Of a stretch of DNA of 64,000 nucleotides, positions 30,202 to 39,826 are shown one piece after another. The notes under the pieces are model-generated. The model searched no databases, was not told the DNA's origin, and saw nothing but the letters and a program-made list of their open reading frames with translations. The translations under genes and the position numbers were made by a program. Location: NCBI GenBank assembly GCA_963677925.2, contig CAXXYH010000004.1, forward strand, positions 320,001-384,000. Direction: 5' to 3'. This stretch comes from Spirochaetia bacterium. GTDB lineage: Bacteria; Spirochaetota; Spirochaetia; UBA9216. The stretch's first letter is position 1. The number at the start of each line of letters is the position of its first letter.

Positions 30202-31482
30202 TTAATTATCAACCCGCTGAATACGCGCACCGAGAGATTTTAGCCTCTTGCACAGCTTTTCATAGCCGCGCTCAATCTGGTAGACATTTCCGATAACGCT
30301 CTGGCCCTCTGCACAAAGGGCTGCTATTACCATTGCCATACCGGCACGGACATCCGGAGAAACCAGATATGAAGCTTTTAGCCGTGAGGGCCCGCTAACA
30401 ACAGCCCTGTGCGGATCACAGAGTATGATTCTGGCACCCATGCCGATAAGCTTATCTACAAAAAACATTCGTGACTCAAACATCTTCTCATGAATGAGGA
30501 TTGTTCCGTCCACCTGGGTTGCAACTACCGTCATTATACTTGTTAAATCAGCCGGAAAACCGGGCCAGGGAGCATCGTCTATCTTTGGTATCATGCCGCC
30601 CATATCCGGGACGACCTTTAGATCAAGCCCCTTGGGAATATGGATATCAGAACCGTCGGTTTCCCAGTGGATTCCCATTTTGGCAAAACCGAGCTTCGTC
30701 ATTCTGAGATGTTCAGGAGCCGCTTTTTTTATCGTAAGCTCTCCCCTTGTAACAGCAGCAAGACCGATAAAAGAGCCGACTTCCATAAAATCGGAGCCTA
30801 TGTCGAACTGAGCACCGTGAAGCTTGCGTACACCCTCTATATAAAGGACATTCGAGCCGATCCCGGTAATATCAGCACCCATTGCATTGAGCATATTGCA
30901 GAGATCCTGGACGTGCGGCTCAGAGGCGGCATTGCGGATAATACTTTTTCCCTTAGCCATAACGGCAGCCATAATTGCATTCTCAGTTGCTGTTACCGAA
31001 GCCTCATCGAGGAAGATATCCTCTCCGACCAGCTTATTTGCAACTAGTTTAAACACACCGTCAATCTCAACACGGGCTCCAAGTTCGGTAAAAGCCATAA
31101 AGTGAGTGTCGAGTCTTCTGCGGCCTATGACATCTCCCCCCGGCGGAGGCAGAATGACCTTTCCGGTTCGTGCAAGCAGAGGCCCTGCAAATAAAATGGA
31201 AGCGCGGATAGATCTGGCCTTCTCAGGCGGGATTTCGCTTTTAGAAATATTTTGAGTCTTAACCCTATACCGGCCGTGTGCGTCTTCCTTGACATCGGCG
31301 CCCAGATCGGCAAGAATCTCTAGCATTACCCTTACATCTTCAATATCAGGAAGATTTCCCAGCAGGATTTCTTCATCTGTAAGCAGACAGGCGGCTATGC
31401 ACGGCAGTGCCGCATTCTTGTTTCCGCTTGCTGTAATTTCTCCGTTTATAGGAAAACTTCCGTCTATAATATATTTACTCAA
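30202..31482 (-). CDS. murA: UDP-N-acetylglucosamine 1-carboxyvinyltransferase
   Basis: GNKNAALP, RASIL, SVTATEN, PWPGFPAD, IERGYE. Confidence 0.96.
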   Translation of the reverse strand: MSKYIIDGSFPINGEITASGNKNAALPCIAACLLTDEEILLGNLPDIEDVRVMLEILADLGADVKEDAHGRYRVKTQNISKSEIPPEKARSIRASILFAGPLLARTGKVILPPPGGDVIGRRRLDTHFMAFTELGARVEIDGVFKLVANKLVGEDIFLDEASVTATENAIMAAVMAKGKSIIRNAASEPHVQDLCNMLNAMGADITGIGSNVLYIEGVRKLHGAQFDIGSDFMEVGSFIGLAAVTRGELTIKKAAPEHLRMTKLGFAKMGIHWETDGSDIHIPKGLDLKVVPDMGGMIPKIDDAPWPGFPADLTSIMTVVATQVDGTILIHEKMFESRMFFVDKLIGMGARIILCDPHRAVVSGPSRLKASYLVSPDVRAGMAMVIAALCAEGQSVIGNVYQIERGYEKLCKRLKSLGARIQRVDN

Positions 31483-31500
31483 AAAATTAACTCCTGAATG

Positions 31501-32763
31501 CTATTGTCCCGGACAGAAACAAAACTGATTCTGCTGAAAGGGATTTTTGTTCATTTTCAAATTCGCAAGACAAATACGACTCTGGCCGTCTGCTGTAAAC
31601 CTGACAGAAACCCTGTGGTTGAAATTACCGCGATCAGCGTAGGAAAATGGAGTCTCCATAATTTCAGGAAAAATTACCCCAGAAAATCCGTCTCGATCGA
31701 AAAAATTATCTTCTCCCCACTCTTGACTATCGGCAGGTTTAAAAATCTTTTCAAGGATTTCATGGTCTTTATAACCTTCAGCCCTAAGCTTATCCAGATA
31801 TTCAGCCTCAACAGCCATATCGAGAAATCCTGAATAATCTCCGGACCATAAAAGAGCTGAACACCTGTCAAAAAAAGATTTCAGATTTCTGACGATATTT
31901 GTATTTCTGTATTCTGTAAATTCCCTGCTGTTCCATTTATACCAGGTAAGAAAGGTTTCAAATCCTGTACCTTCCTCAAAGCCCTGTTCATGAACAACAA
32001 TATCAAGATACCCGTCTTTATCTATATCTTCAACAAGGGTAATTACAGACAGGTTTTCTTCTATAGTAAAATGGGTTATCCCGTAACCGTTCAGAATCAC
32101 AAGCTGGCGAACAATTCCGGCCCTTGTACGAAAGGATATATCCAGACAATATGGAAAATCATTCCCTATGTGGATTTCAAGCTGGGACATGCCGTTTAAA
32201 ACCTGCTGCCTTGCGACGGGTATTGTATACCTTAGATAAAGGTTTCCGTCAATCTGGTAAAATACCAGCAGAAAATATCCATAATAATCTTTGTCCGAGC
32301 TGAACAGCCTTGAAGAATCAGAGAGCCTGCTGAAAGAGGCATCCGTGTCCTTGTCTCCTTCAACAGCAAGCAGAAGCAGATCATTAAACCCGTTTTTATC
32401 AAGATCATGCTCTATCATTAGCGATTTGCCGTTTACAGTTACTGTCTTCATATTCCAGGGAACCAGATTCTGCGCAGAGGAAACAAGTGCGGGAGTTGTC
32501 AGAGGGGCTGACTCCGGTCTGTCAGATTCATCAGTAACATGGTCTGTGTTTATCTTTTCATCGATGGTATTTTCATTCTGAACAGATACTGAATGTGTCA
32601 CTTCCGGGTTATCTATAGAAGAATCTGCTGCGGGTTCAATTATATCATCTTCAGTCTTTATATTTGAAACGGAGTCCTCAAGAGTATGGATATCTGCAGT
32701 GGAGCAGGACCAGAGGAGAAGCCCGAAGACTGTAAGCGACAAAAAGGGTGAAACTTTCCGCAT
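31501..32763 (-). CDS. Hypothetical lipoprotein with DxDxDG Ca-binding-like loops
   Basis: Lipobox LLWSC after MRKVSPF; DLDKNGFND and DIDKDGYLD; promoter TTGAAT-17-TATATT 7 nt before ATG 32763. Confidence 0.65.
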   Translation of the reverse strand: MRKVSPFLSLTVFGLLLWSCSTADIHTLEDSVSNIKTEDDIIEPAADSSIDNPEVTHSVSVQNENTIDEKINTDHVTDESDRPESAPLTTPALVSSAQNLVPWNMKTVTVNGKSLMIEHDLDKNGFNDLLLLAVEGDKDTDASFSRLSDSSRLFSSDKDYYGYFLLVFYQIDGNLYLRYTIPVARQQVLNGMSQLEIHIGNDFPYCLDISFRTRAGIVRQLVILNGYGITHFTIEENLSVITLVEDIDKDGYLDIVVHEQGFEEGTGFETFLTWYKWNSREFTEYRNTNIVRNLKSFFDRCSALLWSGDYSGFLDMAVEAEYLDKLRAEGYKDHEILEKIFKPADSQEWGEDNFFDRDGFSGVIFPEIMETPFSYADRGNFNHRVSVRFTADGQSRICLANLKMNKNPFQQNQFCFCPGQ

Positions 32764-32899
32764 CTGCTTAAATATACCAGCTAAGATTACTGCATTCAAG
32801 CCTTTGAAAAACAAGGTAAGTTCAGCTCTGCTTTACACTTATGGGAAAAAATGCTTAGATAGGCATACAGAAACCGTATAATCCATCTGGAGCATAATA

Positions 32900-34276
32900 A
32901 TGAAAACAATGAAATTCGGGGGAAGCTCCGTAAAAGACGCAGAAAAGATTAGAAATGTAGCTTCAATTGTAAAAGCTGAATCGGAAAAGACCAAGGTAGC
33001 AGTTGTTCTATCGGCCATGAAAGGTATTACCGATAACCTGCTTGAATGCGCCGATCTTGCAGTTCAGGGCAACACCGCTTATAAGACAATACTTAAAGAT
33101 ATAACCGAAAGAGAATTTACAGCCTTTGATGAGCTGATTGGAAAAGATAACGAACCTGAAGCCAGAGAAAGACTGGCTGAAATGCTTGAGGAACTGAAAG
33201 AAATCCTACTTGGTGTACAGATGGTAAAAGAATGCTCTGTCAGAAGCCAGGATCTGATCGTAAGCTTTGGAGAACGCATGAACAATACTGTATGTGCCGC
33301 CTATCTTCGATCTATTGGAATCAAAGCTACCTATGTTGATACTAGAAAACTGATTCTCACTGATGATAATTTCGGTGCTGCCAGGGTAAATTATCATGAA
33401 AGCTATATGCGGATAAGGGAACACCTTTCAAGTATTGAGGGGATACCCGTAATAACAGGCTTCATAGGCGCTACCGAAGACGGAATAACCACAACACTCG
33501 GAAGAAACGGTTCGGATTTTACAGCATCTATTATAGCAGGAGCAACAGGCAGTGAAATTGTTGAAATCTGGACTGATGTTGACGGTGTTCTCAGTGCCGA
33601 CCCCAGAATCGTTGAAGATGCATTTGTTATTCCGGAACTTACATACACCGATGCGATGGAGCTTTCCTACTTCGGTGCAGAAGTTATTCATCCGTATACA
33701 ATGATTCCTGCTGTTGAGAAAAACATCCCAATTATAATAAAAAATACAATGAACCCTTCTGCACCCGGTACTGTTATTGCTGCGACAATCAAGCCGCACA
33801 GCAGACCGATAACCGGTATCGCTTCAGTAAAAGATACTGCAATTGTAAATATTGAAGGCAGCGGAATGACTGGTAAACCGGGGATTGCAGGAACCGTATT
33901 CACCGCAATGGCTGAAGCCGGTATAAATATTATTATGATATCGCAGGCATCAAGTGAACACAGCATCTGCCTTGTTCTAAAGGAAGCTCAAGCCATAAAG
34001 GCTGTTGAAATACTTAACGAAAAACTTGCTGTTTACATCAAAAATAAGAGAATTGAAGGTGTACAGATTAGAAAGGGACTGGAAATTGTAGCCGTTATAG
34101 GTGAAAGTATGATTGGAACTCCCGGTATTGCAGGCAAAATCTTCAGCGCTCTGGGTGAAGCAAGTGTTAACATCCTGGCAATTGCACAGGGCTCAAGTGA
34201 ACGCAATATTTCATTTGTAGTAGATAAGGCTGATAAAAACCTCGCCCTTAATACCGTTCACAAGGCCTTTTTATAA
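32900..34276 (+). CDS. Aspartate kinase (monofunctional, two ACT domains)
   Basis: MKFGGSSV, TTLGRNGSDFTA, WTDVDG, ELSYFGA, SQASSE and AQGSSE. Confidence 0.93.
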   Translation: MKTMKFGGSSVKDAEKIRNVASIVKAESEKTKVAVVLSAMKGITDNLLECADLAVQGNTAYKTILKDITEREFTAFDELIGKDNEPEARERLAEMLEELKEILLGVQMVKECSVRSQDLIVSFGERMNNTVCAAYLRSIGIKATYVDTRKLILTDDNFGAARVNYHESYMRIREHLSSIEGIPVITGFIGATEDGITTTLGRNGSDFTASIIAGATGSEIVEIWTDVDGVLSADPRIVEDAFVIPELTYTDAMELSYFGAEVIHPYTMIPAVEKNIPIIIKNTMNPSAPGTVIAATIKPHSRPITGIASVKDTAIVNIEGSGMTGKPGIAGTVFTAMAEAGINIIMISQASSEHSICLVLKEAQAIKAVEILNEKLAVYIKNKRIEGVQIRKGLEIVAVIGESMIGTPGIAGKIFSALGEASVNILAIAQGSSERNISFVVDKADKNLALNTVHKAFL

Positions 34277-34301
34277 TTGAAAGTTTTCAAGGGAGAACTA
34301 A

Positions 34302-35600
34302 ATGAAATTTTACAGTACCAGAAATAAAGACAGTAAGGTTACTTTTAAAGAAGCTATATTCAAGGGACTTGCACCTGACGGAGGGCTATATATGCCCGAA
34401 GTAATGCCGTATATGAAGGATATGCTTGATTCATTCGATGAAAACACTTCTTTCAATGAAATGGCGACCGAGGTTGCATACAGACTGCTTAGTGAAGAGC
34501 TTGATAAAGACGCTGTGAAAAGAATATGTGACAGGGCTTTTGATTTTATCCCTGCCATAGTTCAGCTTGATGAAAATGTCAGCATACTTGAGCTTTATCA
34601 TGGTCCATCCTGCGCTTTCAAGGATTACGGTGCATCATTTCTTGCATCTTCCATGGAAGAATATCTTAAGACTGATGATCGCAAGGCTGTCATTCTTACT
34701 GCAACAAGCGGAGATACCGGCAGTGCGGTTGCACGTGCCTTTTATGATAAACAGAACATCGATGTAGTTATTCTGTATCCGTCGGGAAGAGTAAGCCCCC
34801 TTCAGGAAAAACAGCTTACAACACTAGGCAGGAACATCAAAGCACTTGAAGTTAAAGGCTCCTTTGACGACTGCCAGCGAATGGTTAAAGAGGCTTTTGT
34901 TGACCAGAAACTTGCTGTTGATTATAACCTGACATCAGCAAACTCAATCAGCCTGGGCCGCCTAATTCCCCAGTCTTTCTACTACATCTGGGCATGGGCT
35001 CAGGCCAAAAGCAGAGAAAACCTCTGGTTCTGCGTTCCAAGCGGAAACTTCGGAAACCTGACGGCAGGGCTTATGGCTCATCGCTGGGGTATGGGAAATG
35101 AGGGCTTTATTGCAGCAACAAATATCAATGATGTAGTCCCTGAATACCTTAAAAAGGGCGAATTCAGCCCGCGGGCTTCTAAGCTAACACTTTCGAACGC
35201 GATGGACGTAGGAAACCCCAGCAACTTTGAGAGAATGCTTGAGCTTTTTAATGAATCGCATAGTGCAATGTCAGGGATTATAAAAGAAGAAGTTGTAACT
35301 GACGCAGAAACAAAGAAGACTATAAAAGAAGTGCTTGAACAGAAGGGTTACGAGATGGATCCGCATACTGCGGTGGGATATCTTGCTTCAAAGCGTTTCA
35401 CAGAAGCAAATAAGAATGCTCAGATTATCAGCCTTTCAACAGCTCATCCGGGCAAGTTTACCGAGGTTTATGAGGAAGCAACCGGTAAGAAACCCGGATT
35501 GCCGCAGAGACTCCAGGATGTAATGAAACTTGAAAAGAAGTCTGTTGTTGTTGATAATACAACTGAAGCCCTGAAGAATTTTATTAAAGCAACATTCTGA
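34302..35600 (+). CDS. thrC: Threonine synthase
   Basis: GLAPDGGLY, ELYHGPSCAFKDYG, ATSGDTG, VPSGNFGN, DPHTAV, TAHPGKF. Confidence 0.96.
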   Translation: MKFYSTRNKDSKVTFKEAIFKGLAPDGGLYMPEVMPYMKDMLDSFDENTSFNEMATEVAYRLLSEELDKDAVKRICDRAFDFIPAIVQLDENVSILELYHGPSCAFKDYGASFLASSMEEYLKTDDRKAVILTATSGDTGSAVARAFYDKQNIDVVILYPSGRVSPLQEKQLTTLGRNIKALEVKGSFDDCQRMVKEAFVDQKLAVDYNLTSANSISLGRLIPQSFYYIWAWAQAKSRENLWFCVPSGNFGNLTAGLMAHRWGMGNEGFIAATNINDVVPEYLKKGEFSPRASKLTLSNAMDVGNPSNFERMLELFNESHSAMSGIIKEEVVTDAETKKTIKEVLEQKGYEMDPHTAVGYLASKRFTEANKNAQIISLSTAHPGKFTEVYEEATGKKPGLPQRLQDVMKLEKKSVVVDNTTEALKNFIKATF

Positions 35601-35614
35601 TTATTCAGAATAGG

Positions 35615-36697
35615 TTATTCAACATACATTCTAAGCAGCTTTTTACCGTCTGCTGATCTGAAGGGGTTCTTTTTATTTTTAAGGAAGGATTTATAGGTTC
35701 GGCAGGCATCGTAATAGGGCTCAGGGCTCCTGAAGGTTGACAGCAGGTCGCATCTGAATACTTCAAGTAGAACCGGAAACAGAGCGGAAGACATGTCCGA
35801 TTCTATTCTGTATGCCGGCAGGCGGGGAATTGCCGCCGGCAGCATATGTCTTTCTACCAGATAGCATACATTTTTTATCATCTCTGATTCAAAGCCAAGC
35901 TTTTTCATAAATCTAAAGGCTGTACTTGATCCAATCTGAGCATGTCTGTCAAAACGGTTGCCGTCAGCCTGTTTAGAATCGGGCTTGCCGATATCATGCA
36001 GCAGCAGTGCAAGCGACAGCTGTAAATCGGCTGTTTTACGGTAGGAAAATGTTTCGAGTGTATGCTTCCAGACACCTCCTTCGGGGTGATATTCCTTGGA
36101 ATGATCAAGACCGGAGAGGGCGCCAAGCTCAGGCCAGAATTCATCAATAAAGCCTGTCTTTTTCAGAAATGACAGGCCATCAGCCGGATTCTTTCCAGTC
36201 AGAATCTTTTCAAGCATCAGCCTTTGATACAGAACGGAGGGCTCCTCTGAAAATCCGGAGGATCCTTCATTTATCAGTTCTACAGCCTCATCACTCAATG
36301 AAAAACCGTATCGTGAAATTAATACAGCCGACTCAAGTTTCAGCCTCCAGCTGCCGGATTGAGCAGTATCTGCAACAAGCCTGATTTCACGTTTTCTGAG
36401 TTCCGGGTAGCAGCCGGGTTTATCATAGAAAATATTCCGATCACTGTCATAAAGAAGGTTACAGACCGAAAAAGGATGCCCCGGAACCTCATCAACCGAA
36501 TCAATACACTTTATATAGATGCTTTCATCATTTTCAGTAAGCACAGCATCAGCCTCATCTACCCCGGGATATTCAAGCTCATAGTCTTCTCCGGCAAGTT
36601 CCGCAAGATCTCCTATATAGTATGCAAACTTAGGTGTAATTGTATTTTGATCGTAGTATCGTTCAAGAGAGGAGATGCCGTAGAGCAGAGAATTCAC
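35615..36697 (-). CDS. HD-domain protein related to CCA-adding enzymes
   Basis: YHPEGGVWKHT, LLHDIGKP, RHAQIG, ERHM; body resembles class II NTase, head motifs degenerate. Confidence 0.75.
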   Translation of the reverse strand: MNSLLYGISSLERYYDQNTITPKFAYYIGDLAELAGEDYELEYPGVDEADAVLTENDESIYIKCIDSVDEVPGHPFSVCNLLYDSDRNIFYDKPGCYPELRKREIRLVADTAQSGSWRLKLESAVLISRYGFSLSDEAVELINEGSSGFSEEPSVLYQRLMLEKILTGKNPADGLSFLKKTGFIDEFWPELGALSGLDHSKEYHPEGGVWKHTLETFSYRKTADLQLSLALLLHDIGKPDSKQADGNRFDRHAQIGSSTAFRFMKKLGFESEMIKNVCYLVERHMLPAAIPRLPAYRIESDMSSALFPVLLEVFRCDLLSTFRSPEPYYDACRTYKSFLKNKKNPFRSADGKKLLRMYVE

Positions 36698-36714
36698 TCA
36701 GTCCACCTTTGTTT

Positions 36715-38151
36715 TTATAGTTTCAGAGTGTACATTATACCAAGTGAGATATCGTAAATAAAGCGGTTTTCACCTTCCTGCGGCTTCCATATTCCCGCTT
36801 CACCGGAGACCACATCCTCAAGAGCCAGTTCATTCATCACATATCCAAGGGTACAGCCTAACGACAATGTGAAATTATAGAGTTCTGCTTTAGCCTCAAA
36901 GACCGATTTAATTGTATGCTCTAAAACATCTTCATCAAGGAATTTAGAACCGGTATTATCGTGCCAGCTGTCTTCATGCCAGGGATTTGATGGAGATTTG
37001 CTTCCTGATATCACATACTCAAGACCGGCAAGATAATCAATTGGAATATCCTGAAAGAAATTCCATGTATTGGAATATTCAGCCTGTACTGCCGCGCAGT
37101 TTTCACCGTATTTGAAGCCGAGATAATTGTCAGTATAATCGATTGTCCTGGTTTCACCGTCCACCGTGTATGTATCGAGGGGGTAGTAGGTGTACTGGTA
37201 AGGATATGCATTGTAATCTGAGCTTGTTGTGTAAGTGGACTCAAAGACATACTTCAAAGCAAGAGCAGCATCGAATGAAAACTTACCAAAATCAGTATCT
37301 ATTCTGCCGCCTGCAGCCCAGGCCATTTTATGCGGCTGCCAGGGGTTATCTTCATTAAGCCAGTGCAGATTGAAATCATCTATAAGCCATTGTCCGAAGT
37401 AGTACATATCTGCATAGTTATAGTCCGCAAAGAATCCCATAATATAGTTTTCATTGGATGTTGTTTCCCAGGGTCTGCCGTCTGAAATTTTTGTATACTG
37501 AATAAAATACTGCGGAATAGGGCTGATAAAATACTCTGCGTCAAATGAGCGGTCTACGTAAACGGCCGACTCCTGAAGCCCTATCCTGAAATCACCGATT
37601 TTAAGTCCGTATACTTTAAGATTTGCTCCACGATCTACATCATAAATTGCCGAGTTTTCATTTAGCCGTACCCACCTTGTTTCATAAAAGAAAAGATCTC
37701 CGTCATAGGAGAAATCTGCAATGAAAGCCGGATTATTATTTCCGTTTACGAAGAGGGCATAATCTGAATCAAAAATATCCGAGTGTTCCTTCTGCCCTGC
37801 AGTAAAGGAAAAATCATTAAACCAGAAGCTGAGGTATCCGCTTCTCATCATTGAATAGTATCCGCCGACATCGCCCTCAGGCAGGGCAGCAGGGTCCGCT
37901 CCATATTTGCCGTCATTAGCAACGGCCAGATCCGCGTTCAGCTGAAAATAAGGGAGTGTAAAATCAAGAATGAAATCTCCCTGATTGTAATATCCAACAG
38001 TATCGTTGATATGATTATCAATGGAGAAAGCAAGGTCGAGGAAACCTTTTTCAGAACTTGAGGAATCTGTCTCTGATTCCACAGATTCTGATGAGAAGAT
38101 AAAACCGGTAAATAATAAAAGAAAAGCGGGAAGTAAAAGTAGTTTTTTCAT
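36715..38151 (-). CDS. Wzi-like outer-membrane beta-barrel protein
   Basis: Signal peptide MKKLLLL, Tyr/Asp-rich strands, LGFKYGEN similar to neighbour's IGYKYGPD. Confidence 0.55.
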   Translation of the reverse strand: MKKLLLLPAFLLLFTGFIFSSESVESETDSSSSEKGFLDLAFSIDNHINDTVGYYNQGDFILDFTLPYFQLNADLAVANDGKYGADPAALPEGDVGGYYSMMRSGYLSFWFNDFSFTAGQKEHSDIFDSDYALFVNGNNNPAFIADFSYDGDLFFYETRWVRLNENSAIYDVDRGANLKVYGLKIGDFRIGLQESAVYVDRSFDAEYFISPIPQYFIQYTKISDGRPWETTSNENYIMGFFADYNYADMYYFGQWLIDDFNLHWLNEDNPWQPHKMAWAAGGRIDTDFGKFSFDAALALKYVFESTYTTSSDYNAYPYQYTYYPLDTYTVDGETRTIDYTDNYLGFKYGENCAAVQAEYSNTWNFFQDIPIDYLAGLEYVISGSKSPSNPWHEDSWHDNTGSKFLDEDVLEHTIKSVFEAKAELYNFTLSLGCTLGYVMNELALEDVVSGEAGIWKPQEGENRFIYDISLGIMYTLKL

Positions 38152-38161
38152 AGTTTTTACC

Positions 38162-39802
38162 TTATAAAAAGTCAATAAAGTTCTTCAGCGAGAAAATAAC
38201 ATGAGCAGCAATTTCAATATCATTACGTTCTGCGCTTTCAATATGGTTATAGTTGTTTATTACAGACCAGTAAAAATCAGCGCCGAAGCTCAGGAACTCA
38301 AACATCTTATATGTACCGTACAGGTTAAAAATATGTGAGGCTTCCACCGTTCCGGTCGGAGTAATATCATCAGAAGACGGAGCCCATGAGTCGGCAATTG
38401 TCTTTTCACCCTGCTGGAGGTAGGTATAATCAATGCCGGCAGAATATTTATCCTGAACATCATATTTTATTGTAAAATACCATACCATTGAATCAGGTCC
38501 GTATTTATACCCAATCGGTTTCGTTATATATTCATACTGATCGGTTACCAGAGACCAGTATCTTCTGACATTGTAATAATATGGAGAAGCTTTCCTATTA
38601 TACATCCACGGAGAGGTCAAAACCCATTCAGCGCCGTATGACAAGTAGCCATCACCAAGCGGATAAGCACCCTTACCTCCTGCCATATAGCCGAAGACCG
38701 GAGGACCGCCCCCGCCGTCACGATCAGATTCATATTCAGTAGCAAATTCATCCATGGCAACCTGACCATAGATGTTGATATATCTCCACGGATTAATTGA
38801 GACTTCTGCAGACAGTAATGAATTACATCTTTCAGTATCCAGCCAGTTGTGAAAGATCATCAAGTAATTGGAATCATGAATAAGACTGTAATCCTCATCG
38901 AAAGTCACAGACTCAGCTATTGCAGCCTGAATACGGCCGTCCCAGAAGCGGGCTTCAAAGCGGTGCCCCATAAAGGCAGCATAATCTATGGACGTATCAT
39001 CGTAACTGAAGGGTTCCAGAACTGAATACACGCTGGTAAATGTGAAATTTTCCGATCTGAGCTTCATCTGTAGAAAATCATAGTAGGTACTGTAGTCTGA
39101 AAGCATCAGGTTTCCGGATAAGCCGTTTCCCCATGAAAGCTGGTCGCGGCCGAAGTAAATATCCCACCATTCACCGCCGAATGATGACACAGCCCTGAAC
39201 GGCGCGTAAATATCTATTCTTGGACTGGGATCGTCAAAAATCAGATTGGAATAATTATAAGCCACATCTTCGGTATCAGGAGAAGTTACTGTTCTGAATT
39301 CCTCCTTTACCTCAATATCCATAATCATGTACAGAGACTCGGCAAACCAGAACTCCAGAGGTATATCGAGAAAAGAAGAGCGTTCATCATAACCGTAATT
39401 CCATTCGTAACTCTGAGCTGTTTCAGCTTCGGTATCTTCCAGTTCAAAGTGGTAGAAACCTTCAGGAGTTAAAATTAGATCAGTATTGAACTGATAATTA
39501 TCTTCATTTACAAGCAGCTCATCTTTATCTATAAACTCCTGTATATAATCATAAGCCTGTTTTCCAACCTCTGAAAGGATCCGGTAGTGAACCTTTGATA
39601 AAGAATTTTTCACTTCCTGATAAGTCCAGGGTCTTGCAGTTTCCGGCTGAGCCAGCCCGGACTCGTAATAGAGATTATCAATAAGCCGGTATAAATCAGA
39701 TGAAACAGGGAGTACCGTCCTCATATTCTGGGCAAATACTAATCCCGCAGTCAGACTTAATACAATGATCAGAATAAAGAAAATTGGTCGATTTCTGTTC
39801 AC
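38162..39802 (-). CDS. Capsule assembly Wzi-family outer-membrane protein
   Basis: TARPWT, FGRDQLSWGNG.SGNLMLSD, GHRFE, PIGYKYGPDS. Confidence 0.7.
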   Translation of the reverse strand: MNRNRPIFFILIIVLSLTAGLVFAQNMRTVLPVSSDLYRLIDNLYYESGLAQPETARPWTYQEVKNSLSKVHYRILSEVGKQAYDYIQEFIDKDELLVNEDNYQFNTDLILTPEGFYHFELEDTEAETAQSYEWNYGYDERSSFLDIPLEFWFAESLYMIMDIEVKEEFRTVTSPDTEDVAYNYSNLIFDDPSPRIDIYAPFRAVSSFGGEWWDIYFGRDQLSWGNGLSGNLMLSDYSTYYDFLQMKLRSENFTFTSVYSVLEPFSYDDTSIDYAAFMGHRFEARFWDGRIQAAIAESVTFDEDYSLIHDSNYLMIFHNWLDTERCNSLLSAEVSINPWRYINIYGQVAMDEFATEYESDRDGGGGPPVFGYMAGGKGAYPLGDGYLSYGAEWVLTSPWMYNRKASPYYYNVRRYWSLVTDQYEYITKPIGYKYGPDSMVWYFTIKYDVQDKYSAGIDYTYLQQGEKTIADSWAPSSDDITPTGTVEASHIFNLYGTYKMFEFLSFGADFYWSVINNYNHIESAERNDIEIAAHVIFSLKNFIDFL

Positions 39803-39826
39803 TTTTTAAACTCCGATATCAAATTA

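Noticed and set aside
35595-35610. TTCTGA-TTAT-TCAGAA stem between convergent thrC and HD genes as a terminator
   Set aside because: Only 6 bp, AT-rich and without a U-tract; too weak to call.
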